From: Camelus dromedarius
Lineage: Eukaryota
DNA: 64,000 nucleotides
Reading direction: 5' to 3'
NCBI RefSeq assembly: GCF_036321535.1
Contig: NC_087437.1
Location: forward strand, 65,536,001-65,600,000
A program made the translations under genes and the position numbers. Below are positions 53,238 through 64,000 of this stretch, in pieces. Under the pieces are notes generated by a model. The model was not told the origin of the DNA and ran no database searches. It was given only the letters and a program-made list of their open reading frames with translations. Each line of letters starts with the position of its first letter. The stretch's first letter is position 1.

Positions 53238-54777
53238 TTCTAACATTTAAATTAGCATCAATATTAATGTGTAAAGAAAAAAACTAACATACTTAGCAAC
53301 TGATGTTTGGCTTATTAATTATCTTTATTTTTGTAAATAAAGAGTTCAAAAATCTTAGTCTTAATTGATGGAAATTACATTATATAGCATTAGACGTCAA
53401 CAAAACGGCTGAATAAAATGTCCCTTGCACATAACCCCCCACCCAATAACAATAACTTTACATCAATGCATAGACAGAGGTGCTTTCACAGGAGCTTCAG
53501 GATCCAGGCTGGCGATCATGAAAATCAGTGCAGTCCAAGAATGAAGGCAGCATTTTGAGGAGGCGGAATTGCACTTAGTCAGCTAACTCACTGACTGTGG
53601 CCTTGGCTATGAAAACAGAAATAGCTTTGTACCCGTGAGACACAGCCCCATTTGGCTTTGAGTTTGTCACCAGCATATACCATATGCAAAGGGACACAAA
53701 GGAGTCATGCTTACCCATGTATCAGGTAATAGGCATAAAAACCTTGTTCCTGGCCCACTCAAGCCCCTCTTCCTCTGATGCTACTCTTCAGTAGGCAAAG
53801 ATGCCAACACCAGGGGGAGAGCGCACACTTAGAAAAAACAAAATCAGCTCCAACTGACACTCAGGACTTTTGCTCCAGCACCTTGGGATCCAAACCCACC
53901 CCCATAGGGTGGTGATAGTCACTGAGCATAGGAGAAGCCCAGGCTCACACCTAGCTCTGGTTTTAGCCCCTCCACCTCCACCCCTGCCTCCCAGCAAGGT
54001 GGGAGCTGCCAGCACACTACAACAGGAGATGTAGCCTGTGCTTACTTCAGGTCAGCTCTCCCACCAAAGCCACTGGGCATGTGAAGACTGGACAGGGACA
54101 CTGCCATACATGACACTCCTGCAAGACTGAAATAGGTAACTATCTCACTTAATTTCATAAGGACAAAAAAGTTAAGCAAATAACAAGACAGAGCAATATG
54201 TTTTGAACAAAAGAACAAGAAAAAAAAACAGGAAAGACACTAATGAAATAGATAAATAATTTGCCAGATAGAGTTCAAAGCATTAGTAATAAGAATTCTA
54301 ACTGAACTTGGGAAAATAATAGATGAACACAGTGAGAATTTCAACAAGGAACTAGAAAATATAAAAAAGAACCAGTCAGAAAAAAGAACACAGTAACTAA
54401 AATGAAAAACACATTAGAAGGATTTAATAGCTGACTAGGTGATACAGAAAAAAAGCATAAGCAATCTGCAAGATAGAACAATGGAATTCACCTAGTCTTA
54501 ACAGCAAAAAAAAAAAAATACAATTTAAAAATAAGAGTAGTTTAAGGGATCTCTGAGTCAACATAAGTATACTAACATCTGCATTATAGGGGCCCAAGCA
54601 GGAGGAGAGAGAAAGGAAGGGGTTGAAAATGTGTATAATGAAATTATAGCTGAAAATTTCTCAAGCCTGAAGAAGGAAACAGACATCAGGTATAGGAAGC
54701 AGAGGGTCCAAAACAAGACACTCATTTCAGAGCTAAAGACACATATTGAAAGTGTGGTAATAGAAAAAGATGTTTCA

Positions 54778-55020
54778 GGGGTGGGGGGTGGGAAGAGATA
54801 GACTGGGATTTCAAAATTGTAGAATAGATAAACAAGATTATACTGTATAGCACAGGGAAATATATACAAGATCTTATGGTAGCTCACAGAGAAAAAAATG
54901 TGACAATGAATATATATATGTTCATGTATAACTGAAAAATTGTGCTCTACACTAGAATTTGACAGAACATTGTAAAATGATTATAAAGCAATAAAAAATG
55001 TTAAAAAAAAAAAAAAAGAA
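54778..55020 (+). mobile_element. Very young 243-bp L1 3'UTR insertion
   Basis: Perfect 16-bp TSD agaaaaagatgtttca (54762-54777 and 55021-55036); poly(A) tail. Confidence 0.95.
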
Positions 55021-55793
55021 AGAAAAAGATGTTTCATGCAAATGGAAACAAGAAAGCCAGGGTAGCAATACTCATATTAGACAAAGTCTACCATAAAAGA
55101 AAAAGAAGGGCATTATATAATGATAAAGGGATCAATGCAAGAAAAGGATGTAACACTCATTAACATATAAACACCTAATATGGGAGCACATAAATAAAGC
55201 AAATATTAACAGATATAAAGGGAGAAATTGACAATAATACAATAGTAGGGTACTTTAATACCCCTCTTATATCAATAAACAGACTATCCAGAAAAAAAAA
55301 TCAATAAAGAAATAGTGGTCTTTAATATCACAATAGCACCAATTGGACTTAATAGATATCTACAGGACATTATATCCCAAAACAGCAGACAACAAATTCT
55401 TTTCAAGTGCATACGAAATGTTCTCCAAGACAGATCACATGCTAGGCCACAAAACATGTCCACACATTTAAAAGGATAAAAATATATCAAACATTTTTTT
55501 GAACACAATAGTATGAAACTAGAAATCAATTAGAGAAAAAAATGGGTAAAAACCAAACACATGGAGACTAAACATGCTACTAAAAAGCCTACATAGATCA
55601 ATGAAGAAATCATAAAAGGCCTCAAGACAGAAACAAAAATGGAAATTTCCAAAATTTATAGAGTGCAGAAAAAGCCATTCTAAGAGGTAAGTTTATAGTG
55701 ATACAGGCCTCTATCAAGAAACAGGAAACCGACCATTTGAAACCGACCATTTGAAGGAATTAGAAAAAGAACAAACAAATCCTGAAGTCAGCA

Positions 55794-56009
55794 GAAGGAA
55801 ATAATAAAGATCAGAAAGAAAATAAATAAAACAGAGATTTAAAAAAAACAGAAAAGATCAATGAAACCAAGAGCTGATTTTTTGAAAAGATAAACAAACT
55901 TGAAGGAAATAATAAAGATCAGAAAGAAAATAAATAAAACAGAGATTTAAAAAAAACAGAAAAGATCAATGAAACCAAGAGCTGATTTTTTGAAAAGATA
56001 AACAAACTT
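55794..56009. repeat. Perfect 108-bp tandem duplication inside L1 ORF2
   Basis: 55794-55901 and 55902-56009 read identically. Confidence 0.93.
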
Positions 56010-57986
56010 GAAAAGCTTTTAGCCAGGCTCATCAAGAAAAAAAGACAAGACCTAAATGAACAATATAATAAATAAAAAAGGAGTATTTATAATCATTATC
56101 ACAGAGGTACAAAAAAATCATAAAAGACTACTAAAAACAGTTATATGTCAATAAACTGGACAACCTAGAAGAAATAGATAAATTCCTAGAAATATGCATT
56201 CTTCTAAGACTGATTCAGGAAGAAATAGACAGTCTGAACAGACTGATCACAGTGAAACTGAATTTATAATTTAAAAATTCTCAGCAAAAAAAGTCCAGGA
56301 CCAAAGGGCTTCAGAGGGGAATTCTACCAAACGTATAAAAAAAAGAGTTAATACCTGTCCTTCACAAACTATTCCAAGAAAATCAAGAGGAGGAAACATT
56401 TTGAAATTCACTCTGTGAGGTCATCATTATCTTAATGCCTAAGCCAGACAAAGAAACTATTTTTTAAAAAAAGAGAAAATTAGAGGCCAGTATCTCTGAT
56501 AAATATAGACACTAAAATCCTCAACAAAATGTTAGCAAACCAAATTCAATACATATAAAGGAGTATACGCCATGATCAACTAAGACTTATTCCAGGGATG
56601 AAAGGATGATTCAATATCCACAAATCAATCACTGTAATACATCACATCAATAAAATAAAGAAGAAAAACCACATAATCATCTCAATAGATGCAAAAAGCA
56701 TTTGACAAAGTTCAACATCCATTTATAATAAAAACTCTCATCAATGTTGATATAGAGGGAACACACCTCAACATAATAAAGTCCATTTATGACAAACCCA
56801 CAGTTAACATCATACTCAATGGTGAAAAGCTAAAAGCTTTTTACCCTAAAATCATGAGCAAGAAAAGGATGTCTACTCTCACGACTTCTATTTAACATAG
56901 TATTGATTCATAGCCACAATAATCAGGCAAGAAAAAGAAATAAAAGGCATCAAAATTGGAAGGGAAAACCTGAACAGATCTTTTTCCAAAGAAGACAGAC
57001 AGTCAACAGGCACATGAAAATATATTCCACATTGCTAATTATCAGGGAAATGCAAATTAAAACCACAATGAGATATTCAGATAGAACGGCTATCACCAAA
57101 AATTTCACAAATAACAAATGTTGGCAAGAATGTGGAGAAAAGGGAACCTTAGTAAACTGTTGGTAGGAATGTAAACTGGTGCACCTACTATGGAAAACAA
57201 TAATGGAGGTTCATCAAAAAGCTAAAAAAGGAACTACCATATGATCCAGCAATTCAATTCCTGGGTATATATCTGAAGAAAACAAAAACAATAATTCAAA
57301 AGATATATAAACTCCAAAGTTCATAGCAGTATTAATTTCAATAGTCAAGATATGGAAGTGACCTAAGTGTACAGCTTCAGAAGAATGGATAAAAAGATGT
57401 GGTATTTATATAATATGGAATAATATTACTCAGACATGAAAACATGTATAGTTTTGCCATTTGCAATAACATGGATAGACCTGGAAGATATTCTTATGCT
57501 TAGTAAAACAAGTTGGACAGAGTAAGACAAATACTGTATATTATCATTTATTATATATGGAATCTTAAAAGAAAAAAATATAAATACAATAAAATGGAAA
57601 CAGACCCACAGATAATGAGAACTAATTACCAGTGGGAAAAGGGATGGGGGAAGGGAAAGATAGTGGTAGGGAATTAAGAGATACAAACTTCTATGTATAA
57701 AATAAATAAGACAGAATGACATATTGTAAAGCAAATGGACCATAGCAATATTTTATTTACTTTAAAAGAAGTATAACCTATAAAACTATTGAGTCACTAT
57801 GTTGTAAAACTGAAACTAATATAGTGCAAATCAACTACACTAATTTAAAAAATTAATAAATCCAAACTTATACCCATAAACAAATAAATAAAACTAGTAA
57901 ATTTAAGAGCTGTCACCGCTAAGAATGAAAAAAAAAAAAAAAGAAAGACAGAAACTATAATAACAAAGCAAACGGAAATCCTAGAG

Positions 57987-59808
57987 TTTACATGGAGAAC
58001 TACAAAACAATGATTAAGGAAATTAAAGATGACTTAAAGAAATGGAAGATATCCTATGTTCTTGGATTGGAAGAATCAATATTGTTAAAATGGCCATACT
58101 GCCCAAGGCAATCTACATATTTAATGTGATCCTTATCAAATTATCCAGACATTTTGAACAGAACTGGAACAAATAATCCTAAAATTTATATAGAATCACA
58201 AAAACCAGAGTTGCCAAAACAATACTGAAGAAAAAGAACGAAGCTGGAGGGATAAGCCTTCCAGACTTCAGACAATACTACAGAGCTACAGTAATCAAAA
58301 CAGCATGGTATTGGCATAAAAAACAGATACATCGATCAATGGAACAGAATACAGAGCCCAGAAATAAAACCACAGACTAATGGTCAATTAATCTTCAACA
58401 AAGGAGGCAAGAATATACAATGGAGAAAAGAGAGTCTCTTCAGCAAGTGGTATTGGGATAATTGAATAGCAGCATGTATGAATGAATGAAGTTAGAACAC
58501 TCCCTCACACTATACACAAAAATAAACCCAAAATGGCTTAAAGACTTAAACGTAAGACAAGACATGATAAACCTCCTGGAAGAAAACATAAGCAAAACAT
58601 TTTCTGACATAAATCTTAGCAATGTTCTCCTAGGGTAGTTTATCCAGGCAATAGAATTAAAAGCAAAAACTAACAAATGAGACCTAATTAAACTTAAAAG
58701 CTTTTGTACAGCAAAGGAAACCATAAGCAAAACAAAAAGACAGCCTTCAGAATGGGAGAAAATATTTGCAAATGATGAGACGGAGGCTTAATTTCCAGAA
58801 TATATAAACAGCTCATACAACTTAATAACAAAAAAACAAACAACCCAATCCAAAAATGGGCAAAAGACCTTATCAAGCAATTCTCCAAAGAAGACATACA
58901 AATGGCCAACAGGCACATGAAAAAATGCTCAATGTTGCTAATTATCAGAGAAATGCAAATCAAAATTACAATGAGGTATCACCTCACACCAGTCAGAATG
59001 GCCATCATTCAAAAGTCCACAAAAAATAAATGCTGGAGAGGGTGTGGAGAAAAGGGAACCCCTATTATACTGTTAATGGGAATGTAGTTCGGTGCAGCTG
59101 TTATGGAAAACAGTATGGAGATTCCTCAAAAAACTAAGAATAGACCTACCATAGGATCCAGCAATCCCACTCCTGGGCATATATCCAGAGGGAACTCTAA
59201 TTCAAAAACATACATGCACCCTAGTATTCAAAGCAGCACTATATACAATATCCAAGACATGGAAACAACCTAAATGTCCATCAACAGATGACTAGATAAA
59301 GAATTTGTGTTATATTTATACAATAGAATACTACTCAGCCATAAAAAATAATAATAAAATATTACATTTGCAGCAACATGGATGGACCTAGAGATCATTT
59401 AAGTGAAGTAAGCCAGAAAGAGAAAGAAAAATACCATATCATTCACATGTGGAATCTTAAAAAAAAAAAAAAAAAAGAAAGAAAGAAAAAGAAAAAAAGG
59501 ACACTATGAACTCATCTACAAAACAGAAATAGACTCACAGCCATAGTAAACAATCTTACGGTGACTGGGCAAAGGAGGTGGGAAGGGATAAATTTGGGAG
59601 TTTGAGATATGCAAATGTTAGCTACTAGATATAAAAATAGATTAAAAAAAACAAGTTTCTTCCATATAGCACAGGGAACTATATTCAATATCTTGTAATA
59701 ACCTTTAATGAAAAAGAATATGAAAATGAATATATGTATGTATATTCATGACTGTACACCAGAAATTGATACACTGTAACTTACTGTATTTCAATTTAAA
59801 AAAAAAAA
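57987..59808 (+). mobile_element. 5'-truncated L1 (1.8 kb) nested in an older L1 ORF1
   Basis: ORF2 C-terminal part, 3'UTR and poly(A); 12-bp TSD gaaat[c/t]ctagag at 57975-57986 and 59809-59820. Confidence 0.92.
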
Positions 59809-62800
59809 GAAATTCTAGAGCTAAAAAATACAAAGATTGTACTAAAAAACTTAATAAAGAACTTTAACAACAGTTCCAATCACACAGAAGCAAGAGTTAG
59901 CAAATTCAAAAACAAATCATTTGATACTGGCCTGTCAGCAGAACAAAAAGAAAAAAGAATTAAAAAAAACATGAAGAAGGCCTAACGGAATTACGAGATA
60001 CCATTGAGTACATAAATATTTGCATCAAAAGAGTCCCAGAAGTAGACAAGAAAGAGAAAGAGTAAGAAAGAGTTTTTAAAAGAAATAATAACTTAAAAAT
60101 TCCTAAATCTTGTGAAAGAAATAGGTATTCAGACACAGAAAGCTCAGAGAATACAAGCAAGATCAACACAAAGATTACTATGAGTCACATTATAATCAAA
60201 ATGTTAACAGTCAAGATAAGGATAGAATTTTGGAAAGCAGCAAAAGAAAAACAACTTGTCACAAACAAAGAAACCCTCATAAAACTATCAGTGGATTTCT
60301 CTGCAGAAACCTTACAGGCCAGGAGGTAGTAGGATGATGTATTCAAAGAAAAAAATGTCCAACCAATAATACTATATTCAGCAAAACTGTCCTTCAGAAA
60401 TGGAGGAGAAAGAAAGACATTCCCAGACAAACAGAAAGTAAGACAGTTCATTACTAGTAGACCTGCTGTTACAAAAAATGCTGGGGGGAAAAAGTTGTTC
60501 AAGTTGAAGTAAAAGAATGCTATGTAACAGCATAAAAACAAAAAAGTATAAAACACACTGGTAAGAGTAAATTTATATTTAAATTCAGAAAAGCTAAATA
60601 CTGTAATGATGGCACATGTATCAGTTTACCTCTATTATACAAAATAAAGATAGTGATATTAAAAACAACTATAGCTACAATAATTTGTTAACAGATACAC
60701 AATATAAAAAGATGTGAAGTGTGACAAAAATCCCATAAAACATTGGGGGAGGAGTAATAAATGTATAGCATTTTTGTATGTTAGTGAAAGTAAGTCACTA
60801 CCAGCTTAAAATACAGTTATGAATATATTTTATGTAAGCCTCAAGATAACCGCACACACACACAAAAAGCCATAGTAGGTACATAAAAGATAGAGAAAAG
60901 AATTAAAGCACATAAAACATATAAAAACAAAATACAAAGACATTAAGAGAGAAAGGAACAGAGGAACTAAAAAAATTCAGAAAATGAAGGAATGGCAATA
61001 GTAAGTGTCTACATTATTACTTTAAATGTGAATAGACTAATTTTCCAATCAAAAGACACAAAATGGTTAAATGGGTTAAAAAAAGATTCAATATGCTGTC
61101 TACAAATTTGACACAACATTTTAAAATGATTATAAATCAATAAAAAATGTTTAAAAAATTTGACATAACATTGTAAAATGATTATAAATCAATAAAAAAT
61201 GTTTAAAAAAAACAATATGCTGTCTACAATAGACTCACTTTAGCTTTATCAACACATATAGGCTGAAATTGAAGGGATGGAAAAAGATATTCCATGCAAA
61301 TGGCAACCAAAAGAGAGCAGAAGTGCCTAAACTTGTGTCAGAGAAGTTAACTTTTAGTCACAATCAGTCACAAGGGAAAACGGTCAACAATACAATGAAA
61401 AGGGGGTCAATTCATCAAGAAGATATAACAATTATAAATGTATGCATATCCAATACCAGAGGACCTAAATATTTGAAGCAAATATTAGCAGAACTAAAGG
61501 AAGAAAATGACAGCAATAGTAGGGAACTTAAATACCCCACTTTCAACAATGGCAGTCAGAATAAGGAAACATGGACCTGAATAACACTATAAGCAAAATG
61601 GACCTTACAGACATATACAGAACATTCCATCTAACAGCACCAGAATACAGATTCTTCTTAAGCACACAGAACATTCTCCAGGATAGATCATACACTGGGA
61701 CATAAAGTAAGAAGTCTGAAATCATATCAAGTATCTTTTGTGACCACAATGGTATTAAATTAGAAATTAATAGGAAAAAAACTAAAATTCACAAACACAT
61801 GGAAGTCAAACAACACAATCCTGAACAACCAGCAGGTCAAAGAAGAAATCAAAAGGGAAAACAAAGTATTGTGAGACAAGTGAAAATGAAAACAAAACAT
61901 ACTGGATGCAGAAAAAACAATTCTTTAAAGAGGAAAGTTTATAGCAGCAAGTGCCTACATTAAGAAAAAGTATCTCAAATAAATAACCTAACTTTACACC
62001 TCAAGGAATTAGAAAAAGAATAAATTAAGACCAAAGTTATTTTTTTTAAAAGGAAATAAAAAGGTCAGGGTGGAAATAAATAGATATAAGAAAGAAAATA
62101 GAAAAAAAAATCACTGAAACTAAGACAGGGTTCTTTGAAAAGATAAAGAAAATTGACAAACCTTTAGCTAGACTAAGAAAAAAGAGAGAAGACTTAAATG
62201 TATAAATTGAAGAAGAGACATGACACTTGGCTCCAGAGAATACAAAGAATCTTAAGAGGCTACTATGAACAATTATACATCAACAAATTGGATAAACTAA
62301 AATAAATGGATAAATTCCTAAATGTAAACTATACCCAGAATGAATCATGAAGAAACAGAAATTCTGAACAGACTAACAATCTGAGGAGATTGAAGCAATA
62401 ATCAAAAACCTCCCAACAAAGAAAAGCCCAGGACCAGATGGTTTCATTGTTGAATTCCACCAAACATTTAAAAAGTAAATACCAAAATTCCTCAAATCTT
62501 CTCAAATTGAAGAGGAAGGAAGTACCCTCAAACTTAGTTTGGTATAGGCATTACCCTGATATCAAAACCAGACAAGGACAGCACAAGAAAATAAAACTAC
62601 TTGACAATAATCCCTGAAGAACATAGATGCAAAAATTCTCAACAATATTCTAGCAAACTGAATGCAACAACACATTAAACTAATTTAGATACCATGATTA
62701 ATTAGGATTAATCCCTGAGTGCAAGTATAGTTCAATATATACAAATCAACTCCATATTAACAAAATGAAGGATAAAAATCACATGATCCACTAGAAGATG

Positions 62801-64000
62801 CAGAAAAATCATTTGACAATATTCAATACTCTTTCAGGATAAAAGCTCTCAACAAATTGGGTGTAAAGGGAACATACCTTAACAAATAAAGGCTGTATAT
62901 GACAAACCAACAGCTGCTATCATACTCAATGATGTAAAGCTGAAAAGTTTCCCTCTAAAATCAAGAAGAAAACAACAGTGCTCTCTCCCAACACTCCTTT
63001 TCAACATAGTACTCGAAGTCTTAAGAAGAGCAATTAGGCAAGAAAAAGAAATAAAAGGCATCTAAATAATATAAGGAAGAAATAAAATTGTCTGTTTGCA
63101 TGTGACATGATATTATATTCAAAAAGCCCTAAAGATATGATCAAAATTGTTAGAACTAATAAATGAATTAAGTAAAGTTTTTGTTGATACAAAAATCAAC
63201 ATACAAAAATCAGTTGAATTCCTATACACTAACAACAAAATATCAGAAAGAAAAAAAAAACAGTATAATACCATATACAATAATAACAAAAACAAAATAC
63301 TTAAGGATAAATTTAACCAAGAAAGTGAAAGATCCATACAATAAAAACTGTAAAATATTGATGAAAGAAATTGTAGAAGACACAAACAAATGGAAAGGTA
63401 TTCTGTGTTCATGGATTGGAAGAATTAATATTGTTAAGATGTCTATTCTATTCAAAGCCATGTATATATTCATTGCAATCCCTATTAAAATTACAGAGAC
63501 TTTTTTTTTACATAAATGGGAAAAAATCCTAAAATTTGTATGGAACCACAAAAGATCCCAAGCAGCCAAACCAATCCTGAGAAAGAATAACAAAGCTGGA
63601 GGCATCACACTTCTTGATTTCAAACTATATCACAAAGCTACAGTAACAAAAACAGTATGATACTGAGGCAGAAACAAACACAAAGACCAATGAAACTGAA
63701 TCAGGAGACCAGAAATAAACCTACACATATAGAGTAAACTAATATTTGACAAGGGATCCTAGAATATACAATGAGGAAAAGGATATTCTGTTCCAATGAG
63801 GAACAGAATTCAATAAATTCTGTTGGGTGTTTTCTATACACAGAAATAAATATTCTCATGCAAAAGAATGAAATGGACACCTATCTTACACCACTCACAA
63901 AAGTAACTCAAAATAAATTAATGACTTAAATGTAATACCTAAAACTATAAAACTCTTAGAAGAAAACATAGGCAAAAATCTCCTTGACATTGGCTTTGTA
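59809..64000 (+). mobile_element. Older L1 (ORF1 and ORF2 remnants) running off the window; a short first piece lies at about 57945-57986
   Basis: ORF remnants MKGWKKIFHANGNQKRA and [15 protein letters not shown]; many stops. Confidence 0.9.
61106..61212 (+). mobile_element. Tandem dimer of a ~52-bp young L1 3' terminus
   Basis: atttgaca[c/t]aacatt[t/g]taaaatgattataaatcaataaaaaatgtttaaaaa occurs twice inside the perfect 17-bp TSD caatatgctgtctacaa (61089-61105 and 61213-61229). Confidence 0.92.

Larger units (their letters stand above)
53392..57942 (+). mobile_element. L1 with both ends present but two large internal deletions
   Basis: 5'UTR about 53392-54150 related to that at 7914; ORF1 jumps into ORF2 at about 54715; RT region jumps to the C-terminus at about 56965; 3'UTR to about 57850 and an A-tail at 57928-57942. 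Confidence 0.88.

Noticed and set aside
1..64000. CRISPR array, prokaryotic or viral system, or novel multi-gene system
   Set aside because: No repeat-spacer array, operon-like ORFs or intact viral genes; mammalian exons, introns and known repeat classes account for the content.

Overview
AT-rich mammalian genomic DNA, most likely camelid (two vic-1-type tRNA-derived SINEs; species is an inference). The window lies entirely within the minus-strand gene STXBP5L (tomosyn-2). Six internal coding exons (53134-53215, 49618-49718, 27360-27494, 21190-21253, 5359-5442, 202-325) have canonical AG/GT boundaries and compatible phases. They splice into one open frame for part of the N-terminal WD40 propeller (LGRPGVDCYCQ...PSRPFQTTIPHG). 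The supplied ORF track misses all six. Roughly 55-60% of the window (sum of my intervals) is nested, decayed LINE-1 of several ages, almost all antisense to the gene, plus MIR, L2, Tigger1, hAT/MER and LTR relics. No intact L1 ORF is present, and I found no evidence for a novel protein-coding system. The most interesting signals are: a U12 (minor-spliceosome) branch point before the first exon; an inverted pair of same-family L1 5' ends bracketing exactly two exons (candidate circRNA/exon-skipping duplex); an orphan sequence co-inserted with a SINE; a head-to-tail L1 dimer with a single 3' UTR; and several readable retrotransposition and repair scars. Repeat family names come from recall of consensus sequences, and repeat boundaries are approximate unless a TSD is given.
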